A stretch of DNA of 64,000 nucleotides, taken from the human T2T-CHM13v2.0 reference genome, Homo sapiens. Made by a program: the position numbers and the translations under genes. The notes beneath the pieces were generated by a model. It ran no database searches. It was not told the DNA's origin and saw nothing but the letters and a program-made list of their open reading frames with translations. Location: assembly GCF_009914755.1 (NCBI RefSeq), contig NC_060940.1, one strand, 5' to 3'. Below, in pieces: positions 1 to 13,400 of the stretch (position 1 is its first letter; each line of letters begins with the position of its first letter).

Positions 1-76
1 CTTTTCTTTTCATTCAGCAGTTTGGAAACACTCTGTTTGGAAAGTCTGCACGTGGATATTTTGACCTCTTTGAGGC

Positions 77-93
77 CTTCGTTGGAAACGGGT
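77..93 (+). other. CENP-B box, dimer A (recurs every 1699 bp; absent from U35)
   Basis: CTTCGTTGGAAACGGGT matches the core NTTCGNNNNANNCGGGN. Confidence 0.95.
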
Positions 94-416
94 TTTTTTC
101 ATGTAAGGCTAGACAGAAGAAATCTCAGTAACTTCCTTGTGTTGTGTGTATTCAACTGACAGAGTTGAACCTTCCTTTAGACAGAGCAGATTCGAAACAC
201 TCTTTTTCTGCAATTTGCAAGTGGAGACTTCAAGCGCTTTGAGGCCAAAGGCAGAAAAGGAAATATCTTCGTATAAAAACCCGACAGAATCATTCTCAGA
301 AACTGCTCTGTGATGTGTGCGTTCAACTCACAGAGTTTAACTTTTCTTTTCATTCAGCAGTTTGGAAACACTCTGTTTGTAAAGTCTGCAAGTGGATATC
401 TTGGCCTCTTAGAGGC

Positions 417-433
417 CTTCGTTGGAAACGGGT
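417..433 (+). other. CENP-B box, dimer B (polymorphic A/G at unit position 428)
   Basis: CTTCGTTGGAAACGGGT here; 12 of 38 units carry CTTCGTTGGAAGCGGGT. Both keep the core. Confidence 0.95.
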
Positions 434-755
434 TTTTTCATGTAAGGTTAGACAGAGGAATTCCCAGTAACTTCCTTGTGTTGTGTGCATTCAACTCACA
501 GAGTTGAATGATTCTTTACACAGAGCAGATTTGAGACACTCTTTTGGTGGAATTTGTAAGTGGAGAATTCAGCCGCTTTGAGGTCAACGATAGAAAAGCA
601 AATATCTTCGTATAAAAACTAGACAGAATGATTCTCAGAAACTGTTTTGTGATGTGTGCGTTCAACTCACAGAGTTTAACCTTTCTTTTCAAAGAGCAGT
701 TAGGAAACACTCTGTTTGTAAAGTCTGCAAGTGGATATTCAGACCTCTTTGAGGC

Positions 756-772
756 CTTCGTTGGAAACGGGA
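756..772 (+). other. CENP-B box, dimer C
   Basis: CTTCGTTGGAAACGGGA, the canonical YTTCGTTGGAARCGGGA. Confidence 0.97.
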
Positions 773-1095
773 TTTCTTCATATTATGCTAGACAGATGAA
801 TTCTCAGTAACTTCCTTGTGTTGTGTGTATTCAACTCACAGAGTTAAACGATCCTTTACACAGAGCAGATTTGAAACACTGTTTTTCTGGAATTTGCAAG
901 TGGAGATTTCAGCCCCTTTGAGGTCAATGGTAGAAAAGGAAATATCTTCGTATAAAAACTAGACAGAATGATTCTCAGAAACTCCTTTGTGATGTGTGCG
1001 TTCAACTCACAGAGTTTAACCTTTCTTTTCACAGAGCAGTTAGGAAACACTCTGTTTGTGAAGCCTGCCAGTGGATATTCGGACCTCTTTGAGGC

Positions 1096-1112
1096 CTTCG
1101 TTGGAAACGGGA
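1096..1112 (+). other. CENP-B box, dimer D
   Basis: CTTCGTTGGAAACGGGA, canonical. Confidence 0.97.
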
Positions 1113-1435
1113 TTTCTTCATATTATGCTAGACAGAAGATTTCTCAGTAACTTCTTTGTGTTGTGTGTATGCAACTCACAGAGTTCAACCTTCCTTTAGA
1201 CAGAGCAGATTTGAAACACTCTTTTTGTGGAATTTGCAAGTGGAGATTTCAAGCGCTTCGATGCCAATGGTAGAAAAGGAAATATCTTCGTATAAAAACA
1301 AGACAAACTCGTTCCCAGACACTGCGTAGTGATGTGTGTGTTTAACTCACAGAGTTTAACCTTTCTTTTCATACAGCATTCTGGAAAACCTGTGTTTGTA
1401 AAGTCTGCAAGTGGATATTTGGACCTCTTAGATGC

Positions 1436-1452
1436 CTTCGTTGGAAACGGGA
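1436..1452 (+). other. CENP-B box, dimer E
   Basis: CTTCGTTGGAAACGGGA, canonical. Confidence 0.97.
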
Positions 1453-4400
1453 TTTCTTCATATAATGCTAGAGGGAAGAATTCTTAGTAACTTCTTTGTG
1501 TTGTGTGTATTCAACTGACAGAGTTGAACCTTCCTTTAGACAGAGCAGATTTGAAAGTCTCTTTTTGTGGAATTTGCAAGTGGAGATTTCAAGCGCTTTG
1601 AGGCCAAAAGCAGAAAAGGAAATATTTTCCTATAAAAACTCGACAGAATCTTTCTCAGAAACTGCTCTGGGATGTGTGCGTTCAACTCACAGAGTTTAAC
1701 TTTTCTTTTCATTCAGCAGTTTGGAAACACTCTGTTTGGAAAGTCTGCACGTGGATATTTTGACCTCTTTGAGGCCTTCGTTGGAAACGGGTTTTTTTCA
1801 TGTAAGGCTAGACAGAAGAAATCTCAGTAACTTCCTTGTGTTGTGTGTATTCAACTGACAGAGTTGAACCTTCCTTTAGACAGAGCAGATTCGAAACACT
1901 CTTTTTCTGCAATTTGCAAGTGGAGACTTCAAGCGCTTTGAGGCCAAAGGCAGAAAAGGAAATATCTTCGTATAAAAACCCGACAGAATCATTCTCAGAA
2001 ACTGCTCTGTGATGTGTGCGTTCAACTCACAGAGTTTAACTTTTCTTTTCATTCAGCAGTTTGGAAACACTCTGTTTGTAAAGTCTGCAAGTGGATATCT
2101 TGGCCTCTTAGAGGCCTTCGTTGGAAACGGGTTTTATCATGTAAGGTTAGACAGAGGAATTCCCAGTAACTTCCTTGTGTTGTGTGCATTCAACTCACAG
2201 AGTTGAATGATTCTTTACACAGAGCAGATTTGAGACACTCTTTTGGTGGAATTTGTAAGTGGAGAATTCAGCCGCTTTGAGGTCAACGGTAGAAAAGGAA
2301 ATATCTTCGTATAAAAACTAGACAGAATGATTCTCAGAAACTGTTTTGTGATGTGTGCGTTCAACTCACAGAGTTTAACCTTTCTTTTCAAAGAGCAGTT
2401 AGGAAACACTCTGTTTGTAAAGTCTGCAAGTGGATATTCAGACCTCTTTGAGGCCTTCGTTGGAAACGGGATTTCTTCATATTATGCTAGACAGATGAAT
2501 TCTCAGTAACTTCCTTGTGTTGTGTGTATTCAACTCACAGAGTTGAACGATCCTTTACACAGAGCAGATTTGAAACACTGTTTTTCTGGGATTTGCAAGT
2601 GGAGATTTCAGCCGCTTTGAGGTCAATGGTAGAAAAGGAAATATCTTCGTATAAAAACTAGACAGAATGATTCTCAGAAACTCCTTTGTGATGTGTGCGT
2701 TCAACTCACAGAGTTTAACCTTTCTTTTCACAGAGCAGTTAGGAAACACTCTGTTTGTGAAGCCTGCCAGTGGATATTCGGACCTCTTTGAGGCCTTCGT
2801 TGGAAACGGGATTTCTTCATATTATGCTAGACAGAAGATTTCTCAGTAACTTCTTTGTGTTGTGTGTATGCAACTCACAGAGTTCAACCTTCCTTTAGAC
2901 AGAGCAGATTTGAAACACTCTTTTTGTGGAATTTGCAAGTGGAGATTTCAAGCGCTTCGATGCCAATGGTAGAAAAGGAAATATCTTCGTATAAAAACAA
3001 GACAAACTCGTTCCCAGACACTGCGTAGTGATGTGTGTGTTTAACTCACAGAGTTTAACCTTTCTTTTCATACAGCATTCTGGAAACCCTGTGTTTGTAA
3101 AGTCTGCAAGTGGATATTTGGACCTCTTAGATGCCTTCGTTGGAAACGGGATTTCTTCATATAATGCTAGAGGGAAGAATTCTTAGTAACTTCTTTGTGT
3201 TGTGTGTATTCAACTGACAGAGTTGAACCTTCCTTTAGACAGAGCAGATTTGAAAGTCTCTTTTTGTGGAATTTGCAAGTGGAGATTTCAAGCGCTTTGA
3301 GGCCAAAAGCAGAAAAGGAAATATTTTCCTATAAAAACTCGACAGAATCTTTCTCAGAAACTGCTCTGGGATGTGTGCGTTCAACTCACAGAGTTTAACT
3401 TTTCTTTTCATTCAGCAGTTTGGAAACACTCTGTTTGGAAAGTCTGCACGTGGATATTTTGACCTCTTTGAGGCCTTCGTTGGAAACGGGTTTTTTTCAT
3501 GTAAGGCTAGACAGAAGAAATCTCAGTAACTTCCTTGTGTTGTGTGTATTCAACTGACAGAGTTGAACCTTCCTTTAGACAGAGCAGATTCGAAACACTC
3601 TTTTTCTGCAATTTGCAAGTGGAGACTTCAAGCGCTTTGAGGCCAAAGGCAGAAAAGGAAATATCTTCGTATAAAAACCCGACAGAATCATTCTCAGAAA
3701 CTGCTCTGTGATGTGTGCGTTCAACTCACAGAGTTTAACTTTTCTTTTCATTCAGCAGTTTGGAAACACTCTGTTTGTAAAGTCTGCAAGTGGATATCTT
3801 GGCCTCTTAGAGGCCTTCGTTGGAAACGGGTTTTTTCATGTAAGGTTAGACAGAGGAATTCCCAGTAACTTCCTTGTGTTGTGTGCATTCAACTCACAGA
3901 GTTGAATGATTCTTTACACAGAGCAGATTTGAGACACTCTTTTGGTGGAATTTGTAAGTGGAGAATTCAGCCGCTTTGAGGTCAACGGTAGAAAAGGAAA
4001 TATCTTCGTATAAAAACTAGACAGAATGATTCTCAGAAACTGTTTTGTGATGTGTGCGTTCAACTCACAGAGTTTAACCTTTCTTTTCAAAGAGCAGTTA
4101 GGAAACACTCTGTTTGTAAAGTCTGCAAGTGGATATTCAGACCTCTTTGAGGCCTTCGTTGGAAACGGGATTTCTTCATATTATGCTAGACAGATGAATT
4201 CTCAGTAACTTCCTTGTGTTGTGTGTATTCAACTCACAGAGTTGAACGATCCTTTACACAGAGCAGATTTGAAACACTGTTTTTCTGGAATTTGCAAGTG
4301 GAGATTTCAGCCGCTTTGAGGTCAATGGTAGAAAAGGAAATATCTTCGTATAAAAACTAGACAGAATGATTCTCAGAAACTCCTTTGTGATGTGTGCGTT

Positions 4401-7400
4401 CAACTCACAGAGTTTAACCTTTCTTTTCACAGAGCAGTTAGGAAACACTCTGTTTGTGAAGCCTGCCAGTGGATATTCGGACCTCTTTGAGGCCTTCGTT
4501 GGAAACGGGATTTCTTCATATTATGCTAGACAGAAGATTTCTCAGTAACTTCTTTGTGTTGTGTGTATGCAACTCACAGAGTTCAACCTTCCTTTAGACA
4601 GAGCAGATTTGAAACACTCTTTTTGTGGAATTTGCAAGTGGAGATTTCAAGCGCTTCGATGCCAATGGTAGAAAAGGAAATATCTTCGTATAAAAACAAG
4701 ACAAACTCGTTCCCAGACACTGCGTAGTGATGTGTGTGTTTAACTCACAGAGTTTAACCTTTCTTTTCATACAGCATTCTGGAAACCCTGTGTTTGTAAA
4801 GTCTGCAAGTGGATATTTGGACCTCTTAGATGCCTTCGTTGGAAACGGGATTTCTTCATATAATGCTAGAGGGAAGAATTCTTAGTAACTTCTTTGTGTT
4901 GTGTGTATTCAACTGACAGAGTTGAACCTTCCTTTAGACAGAGCAGATTTGAAAGTCTCTTTTTGTGGAATTTGCAAGTGGAGATTTCAAGCGCTTTGAG
5001 GCCAAAAGCAGAAAAGGAAATATTTTCCTATAAAAACTAGACAGAATCGTTCTCAGAAACTGCTGTGGGATGTGTGCGTTCAACTCACAGAGTTTAACTT
5101 TTCTTTTCATTCAGCAGTTTGGAAACACTCTGTTTGGAAAGTCTGCACGTGGATATTTTGACCTCTTTGAGGCCTTCGTTGGAAACGGGTTTTTTTCATG
5201 TAAGGCTAGACAGAAGAAATCTCAGTAACTTCCTTGTGTTGTGTGTATTCAACTGACAGAGTTGAACCTTCCTTTAGACAGAGCAGATTCGAAACACTCT
5301 TTTTCTGCAATTTGCAAGTGGAGACTTCAAGCGCTTTGAGGCCAAAGGCAGAAAAGGAAATATCTTCGTATAAAAACCCGACAGAATCATTCTCAGAAAC
5401 TGCTCTGTGATGTGTGCGTTCAACTCACAGAGTTTAACTTTTCTTTTCATTCAGCAGTTTGGAAACACTCTGTTTGTAAAGTCTGCAAGTGGATATCTTG
5501 GCCTCTTAGAGGCCTTCGTTGGAAACGGGTTTTTTCATGTAAGGTTAGACAGAGGAATTCCCAGTAACTTCCTTGTGTTGTGTGCATTCAACTCACAGAG
5601 TTGAATGATTCTTTACACAGAGCAGATTTGAGACACTCTTTTGGTGGAATTTGTAAGTGGAGAATTCAGCCGCTTTGAGGTCAACGGTAGAAAAGGAAAT
5701 ATCTTCGTATAAAAACTAGACAGAATGATTCTCAGAAACTGTTTTGTGATGTGTGCGTTCAACTCACAGAGTTTAACCTTTCTTTTCAAAGAGCAGTTAG
5801 GAAACACTCTGTTTGTAAAGTCTGCAAGTGGATATTCAGACCTCTTTGAGGCCTTCGTTGGAAACGGGATTTCTTCATATTATGCTAGACAGATGAATTC
5901 TCAGTAACTTCCTTGTGTTGTGTGTATTCAACTCACAGAGTTGAACGATCCTTTACACAGAGCAGATTTGAAACACTGTTTTTCTGGAATTTGCAAGTGG
6001 AGATTTCAGCCGCTTTGAGGTCAATGGTAGAAAAGGAAATATCTTCGTATAAAAACTAGACAGAATGATTCTCAGAAACTCCTTTGTGATGTGTGCGTTC
6101 AACTCACAGAGTTTAACCTTTCTTTTCACAGAGCAGTTAGGAAACACTCTGTTTGTGAAGCCTGCCAGTGGATATTCGGACCTCTTTGAGGCCTTCGTTG
6201 GAAACGGGATTTCTTCATATTATGCTAGACAGAAGATTTCTCAGTAACTTCTTTGTGTTGTGTGTATGCAACTCACAGAGTTCAACCTTCCTTTAGACAG
6301 AGCAGATTTGAAACACTCTTTTTGTGGAATTTGCAAGTGGAGATTTCAAGCGCTTCGATGCCAATGGTAGAAAAGGAAATATCTTCGTAGAAAAACAAGA
6401 CAAACTCGTTCCCAGACACTGCGTAGTGATGTGTGTGTTTAACTCACAGAGTTTAACCTTTCTTTTCATACAGCATTCTGGAAACCCTGTGTTTGTAAAG
6501 TCTGCAAGTGGATATTTGGACCTCTTAGATGCCTTCGTTGGAAACGGGATTTCTTCATATAATGCTAGAGGGAAGAATTCTTAGTAACTTCTTTGTGTTG
6601 TGTGTATTCAACTGACAGAGTTGAACCTTCCTTTAGACAGAGCAGATTTGAAAGTCTCTTTTTGTGGAATTTGCAAGTGGAGATTTCAAGCGCTTTGAGG
6701 CCAAAAGCAGAAAAGGAAATATTTTCCTATAAAAACTCGACAGAATCTTTCTCAGAAACTGCTCTGGGATGTGTGCGTTCAACTCACAGAGTTTAACTTT
6801 TCTTTTCATTCAGCAGTTTGGAAACACTCTGTTTGGAAAGTCTGCACGTGGATATTTTGACCTCTTTGAGGCCTTCGTTGGAAACGGGTTTTTTTCATGT
6901 AAGGCTAGACAGAAGAAATCTCAGTAACTTCCTTGTGTTGTGTGTATTCAACTGACAGAGTTGAACCTTCCTTTAGACAGAGCAGATTCGAAACACTCTT
7001 TTTCTGCAATTTGCAAGTGGAGACTTCAAGCGCTTTGAGGCCAAAGGCAGAAAAGGAAATATCTTCGTATAAAAACCCGACAGAATCATTCTCAGAAACT
7101 GCTCTGTGATGTGTGCGTTCAACTCACAGAGTTTAACTTTTCTTTTCATTCAGCAGTTTGGAAACACTCTGTTTGTAAAGTCTGCAAGTGGATATCTTGG
7201 CCTCTTAGAGGCCTTCGTTGGAAGCGGGTTTTTTCATGTAAGGATAGACAGAGGAATTCCCAGTAACTTCCTTGTGTTGTGTGCATTCAACTCACAGAGT
7301 TGAATGATTCTTTACACAGAGCAGATTTGAGACACTCTTTTGGTGGAATTTGTAAGTGGAGAATTCAGCCGCTTTGAGGTCAACGGTAGAAAAGGAAATA

Positions 7401-10400
7401 TCTTCGTATAAAAACTAGACAGAATGATTCTCAGAAACTGTTTTGTGATGTGTGCGTTCAACTCACAGAGTTTAACCTTTCTTTTCAAAGAGCAGTTAGG
7501 AAACACTCTGTTTGTAAAGTCTGCAAGTGGATATTCAGACCTCTTTGAGGCCTTCGTTGGAAACGGGATTTCTTCATATTATGCTAGACAGATGAATTCT
7601 CAGTAACTTCCTTGTGTTGTGTGTATTCAACTCACAGAGTTGAACGATCCTTTACACAGAGCAGATTTGAAACACTGTTTTTCTGGAATTTGCAAGTGGA
7701 GATTTCAGCCGCTTTGAGGTCAATGGTAGAAAAGGAAATATCTTCGTATAAAAACTAGACAGAATGATTCTCAGAAACTCCTTTGTGATGTGTGCGTTCA
7801 ACTCACAGAGTTTAACCTTTCTTTTCACAGAGCAGTTAGGAAACACTCTGTTTGTGAAGCCTGCCAGTGGATATTCGGACCTCTTTGAGGCCTTCGTTGG
7901 AAACGGGATTTCTTCATATTATGCTAGACAGAAGATTTCTCAGTAACTTCTTTGTGTTGTGTGTATGCAACTCACAGAGTTCAACCTTCCTTTAGACAGA
8001 GCAGATTTGAAACACTCTTTTTGTGGAATTTGCAAGTGGAGATTTCAAGCGCTTCGATGCCAATGGTAGAAAAGGAAATATCTTCGTATAAAAACAAGAC
8101 AAACTCGTTCCCAGACACTGCGTAGTGATGTGTGTGTTTAACTCACAGAGTTTAACCTTTCTTTTCATACAGCATTCTGGAAACCCTGTGTTTGTAAAGT
8201 CTGCAAGTGGATATTTGGACCTCTTAGATGCCTTCGTTGGAAACGGGATTTCTTCATATAATGCTAGAGGGAAGAATTCTTAGTAACTTCTTTGTGTTGT
8301 GTGTATTCAACTGACAGAGTTGAACCTTCCTTTAGACAGAGCAGATTTGAAAGTCTCTTTTTGTGGAATTTGCAAGTGGAGATTTCAAGCGCTTTGAGGC
8401 CAAAAGCAGAAAAGGAAATATTTTCCTATAAAAACTCGACAGAATCTTTCTCAGAAACTGCTCTGGGATGTGTGCGTTCAACTCACAGAGTTTAACTTTT
8501 CTTTTCATTCAGCAGTTTGGAAACACTCTGTTTGGAAAGTCTGCACGTGGATATTTTGACCTCTTTGAGGCCTTCGTTGGAAACGGGTTTTTTTCATGTA
8601 AGGCTAGACAGAAGAAATCTCAGTAACTTCCTTGTGTTGTGTGTATTCAACTGACAGAGTTGAACCTTCCTTTAGACAGAGCAGATTCGAAACACTCTTT
8701 TTCTGCAATTTGCAAGTGGAGACTTCAAGCGCTTTGAGGCCAAAGGCAGAAAAGGAAATATCTTCGTATAAAAACCCGACAGAATCATTCTCAGAAACTG
8801 CTCTGTGATGTGTGCGTTCAACTCACAGAGTTTAACTTTTCTTTTCATTCAGCAGTTTGGAAACACTCTGTTTGTAAAGTCTGCAAGTGGATATCTTGGC
8901 CTCTTAGAGGCCTTCGTTGGAAACGGGTTTTTTCATGTAAGGTTAGACAGAGGAATTCCCAGTAACTTCCTTGTGTTGTGTGCATTCAACTCACAGAGTT
9001 GAATGATTCTTTACACAGAGCAGATTTGAGACACTCTTTTGGTGGAATTTGTAAGTGGAGAATTCAGCCGCTTTGAGGTCAACGGTAGAAAAGGAAATAT
9101 CTTCGTATAAAAACTAGACAGAATGATTCTCAGAAACTGTTTTGTGATGTGTGCGTTCAACTCACAGAGTTTAACCTTTCTTTTCAAAGAGCAGTTAGGA
9201 AACACTCTGTTTGTAAAGTCTGCAAGTGGATATTCAGACCTCTTTGAGGCCTTCGTTGGAAACGGGATTTCTTCATATTATGCTAGACAGATGAATTCTC
9301 AGTAACTTCCTTGTGTTGTGTGTATTCAACTCACAGAGTTGAACGATCCTTTACACAGAGCAGATTTGAAACACTGTTTTTCTGGAATTTGCAAGTGGAG
9401 ATTTCAGCCGCTTTGAGGTCAATGGTAGAAAAGGAAATATCTTCGTATAAAAACTAGACAGAATGATTCTCAGAAACTCCTTTGTGATGTGTGCGTTCAA
9501 CTCACAGAGTTTAACCTTTCTTTTCACAGAGCAGTTAGGAAACACTCTGTTTGTGAAGCCTGCCAGTGGATATTCGGACCTCTTTGAGGCCTTCGTTGGA
9601 AACGGGATTTCTTCATATTATGCTAGACAGAAGATTTCTCAGTAACTTCTTTGTGTTGTGTGTATGCAACTCACAGAGTTCAACCTTCCTTTAGACAGAG
9701 CAGATTTGAAACACTCTTTTTGTGGAATTTGCAAGTGGAGATTTCAAGCGCTTCGATGCCAATGGTAGAAAAGGAAATATCTTCGTATAAAAACAAGACA
9801 AACTCGTTCCCAGACACTGCGTAGTGATGTGTGTGTTTAACTCACAGAGTTTCACCTTTCTTTTCATACAGCATTCTGGAAACCCACTGTTTGTAAAGTC
9901 TGCAAGTGGATATTTGGACCTCTTAGATGCCTTCGTTGGAAACGGGATTTCTTCATATAATGCTAGAGGGAAGAATTCTTAGTAACTTCTTTGTGTTGTG
10001 TGTATTCAACTGACAGAGTTGAACCTTCCTTTAGACAGAGCAGATTTGAAAGTCTCTTTTTGTGGAATTTGCAAGTGGAGATTTCAAGCGCTTTGAGGCC
10101 AAAAGCAGAAAAGGAAATATTTTCCTATAAAAACTCGACAGAATCGTTCTCAGAAACTGCTCTGGGATGTGTGCGTTCAACTCACAGAGTTTAACTTTTC
10201 TTTTCATTCAGCAGTTTGGAAACACTCTGTTTGGAAAGTCTGCACGTGGATATTTTGACCTCTTTGAGGCCTTCGTTGGAAACGGGTTTTTTTCATGTAA
10301 GGCTAGACAGAAGAAATCTCAGTAACTTCCTTGTGTTGTGTGTATTCAACTGACAGAGTTGAACCTTCCTTTAGACAGAGCAGATTCGAAACACTCTTTT

Positions 10401-13400
10401 TCTGCAATTTGCAAGTGGAGACTTCAAGCGCTTTGAGGCCAAAGGCAGAAAAGGAAATATCTTCGTATAAAAACCCGACAGAATCATTCTCAGAAACTGC
10501 TCTGTGATGTGTGCGTTCAACTCACAGAGTTTAACTTTTCTTTTCATTCAGCAGTTTGGAAACACTCTGTTTGTAAAGTCTGCAAGTGGATATCTTGGCC
10601 TCTTAGAGGCCTTCGTTGGAAGCGGGTTTTTTCATGTAAGGATAGACAGAGGAATTCCCAGTAACTTCCTTGTGTTGTGTGCATTCAACTCACAGAGTTG
10701 AATGATTCTTTACACAGAGCAGATTTGAGACACTCTTTTGGTGGAATTTGTAAGTGGAGAATTCAGCCGCTTTGAGGTCAACGGTAGAAAAGGAAATATC
10801 TTCGTATAAAAACTAGACAGAATGATTCTCAGAAACTGTTTTGTGATGTGTGCGTTCAACTCACAGAGTTTAACCTTTCTTTTCAAAGAGCAGTTAGGAA
10901 ACACTCTGTTTGTAAAGTCTGCAAGTGGATATTCAGACCTCTTTGAGGCCTTCGTTGGAAACGGGATTTCTTCATATTATGCTAGACAGATGAATTCTCA
11001 GTAACTTCCTTGTGTTGTGTGTATTCAACTCACAGAGTTAAACGATCCTTTACACAGAGCAGATTTGAAACACTGTTTTTCTGGAATTTGCAAGTGGAGA
11101 TTTCAGCTGCTTTGAGGTCAATGGTAGAAAAGGAAATATCTTCGTATAAAAACTAGACAGAATGATTCTCAGAAACTCCTTTGTGATGTGTGCGTTCAAC
11201 TCACAGAGTTTAACCTTTCTTTTCACAGAGCAGTTAGGAAACACTCTGTTTGTGAAGCCTGCCAGTGGATATTCCGACCTCTTTGAGGCCTTCGTTGGAA
11301 ACGGGATTTCTTCATATTATGCTAGACAGAAGATTTCTCAGTAACTTCTTTGTGTTGTGTGTATGCAACTCACAGAGTTCAACCTTCCTTTAGACAGAGC
11401 AGATTTGAAACACTCTTTTTGTGGAATTTGCAAGTGGAGATTTCAAGCGCTTCGATGCCAATGGTAGAAAAGGAAATATCTTCGTAGAAAAACAAGACAA
11501 ACTCGTTCCCAGACACTGCGTAGTGATGTGTGTGTTTAACTCACAGAGTTTAACCTTTCTTTTCATACAGCATTCTGGAAACCCTGTGTTTGTAAAGTCT
11601 GCAAGTGGATATTTGGACCTCTTAGATGCCTTCGTTGGAAACGGGATTTCTTCATATAATGCTAGAGGGAAGAATTCTTAGTAACTTCTTTGTGTTGTGT
11701 GTATTCAACTGACAGAGTTGAACCTTCCTTTAGACAGAGCAGATTTGAAAGTCTCTTTTTGTGGAATTTGCAAGTGGAGATTTCAAGCGCTTTGAGGCCA
11801 AAAGCAGAAAAGGAAATATTTTCCTATAAAAACTCGACAGAATCTTTCTCAGAAACTGCTCTGGGATGTGTGCGTTCAACTCACAGAGTTTAACTTTTCT
11901 TTTCATTCAGCAGTTTGGAAACACTCTGTTTGGAAAGTCTGCACGTGGATATTTTGACCTCTTTGAGGCCTTCGTTGGAAACGGGTTTTTTTCATGTAAG
12001 GCTAGACAGAAGAAATCTCAGTAACTTCCTTGTGTTGTGTGTATTCAACTGACAGAGTTGAACCTTCCTTTAGACAGAGCAGATTCGAAACACTCTTTTT
12101 CTGCAATTTGCAAGTGGAGACTTCAAGCGCTTTGAGGCCAAAGGCAGAAAAGGAAATATCTTCGTATAAAAACCCGACAGAATCATTCTCAGAAACTGCT
12201 CTGTGATGTGTGCGTTCAACTCACAGAGTTTAACTTTTCTTTTCATTCAGCAGTTTGGAAACACTCTGTTTGTAAAGTCTGCAAGTGGATATCTTGGCCT
12301 CTTAGAGGCCTTCGTTGGAAACGGGTTTTTTCATGTAAGGTTAGACAGAGGAATTCCCAGTAACTTCCTTGTGTTGTGTGCATTCAACTCACAGAGTTGA
12401 ATGATTCTTTACACAGAGCAGATTTGAGACACTCTTTTGGTGGAATTTGTAAGTGGAGAATTCAGCCGCTTTGAGGTCAACGGTAGAAAAGGAAATATCT
12501 TCGTATAAAAACTAGACAGAATGATTCTCAGAAACTGTTTTGTGATGTGTGCGTTCAACTCACAGAGTTTAACCTTTCTTTTCAAAGAGCAGTTAGGAAA
12601 CACTCTGTTTGTAAAGTCTGCAAGTGGATATTCAGACCTCTTTGAGGCCTTCGTTGGAAACGGGATTTCTTCATATTATGCTAGACAGATGAATTCTCAG
12701 TAACTTCCTTGTGTTGTGTGTATTCAACTCACAGAGTTGAACGATCCTTTACACAGAGCAGATTTGAAACACTGTTTTTCTGGAATTTGCAAGTGGAGAT
12801 TTCAGCCGCTTTGAGGTCAATGGTAGAAAAGGAAATATCTTCGTATAAAAACTAGACAGAATGATTCTCAGAAACTCCTTTGTGATGTGTGCGTTCAACT
12901 CACAGAGTTTAACCTTTCTTTTCACAGAGCAGTTAGGAAACACTCTGTTTGTGAAGCCTGCCAGTGGATATTCGGACCTCTTTGAGGCCTTCGTTGGAAA
13001 CGGGATTTCTTCATATTATGCTAGACAGAAGATTTCTCAGTAACTTCTTTGTGTTGTGTGTATGCAACTCACAGAGTTCAACCTTCCTTTAGACAGAGCA
13101 GATTTGAAACACTCTTTTTGTGGAATTTGCAAGTGGAGATTTCAAGCGCTTCGATGCCAATGGTAGAAAAGGAAATATCTTCGTATAAAAACAAGACAAA
13201 CTCGTTCCCAGACACTGCGTAGTGATGTGTGTGTTTAACTCACAGAGTTTAACCTTTCTTTTCATACAGCATTCTGGAAACCCTCTGTTTGTAAAGTCTG
13301 CAAGTGGATATTTGGACCTCTTAGATGCCTTCGTTGGAAACGGGATTTCTTCATATAATGCTAGAGGGAAGAATTCTTAGTAACTTCTTTGTGTTGTGTG

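Larger units (their letters stand above)
1..1699 (+). repeat. One HOR unit (arbitrary phase): five dimers A-E; probable chromosome 16 D16Z2 (S1C16H1L) unit
   Basis: CENP-B boxes start at 77, 417, 756, 1096, 1436 and next at 1776, giving spacings of 340, 339, 340, 340, 340 = 1699. Box-bearing and box-less monomers alternate. I see one Sau3AI site (GATC, 850-853) per unit. Assignment to D16Z2 rests on recalled knowledge that it is an SF1 1.7-kb 10-mer and was not verified by alignment. Confidence 0.8.

Noticed and set aside
270-280. TATAAAA motifs in alternate monomers as TATA-box promoters
   Set aside because: They are an intrinsic part of the alphoid monomer consensus; sequence alone gives no evidence of promoter function.
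6324-6584. 86-aa ORF present only here and at 11421-11681
   Set aside because: A single T>G change (6390/11487) removes a TAA stop; it is a variant marker, not a gene.
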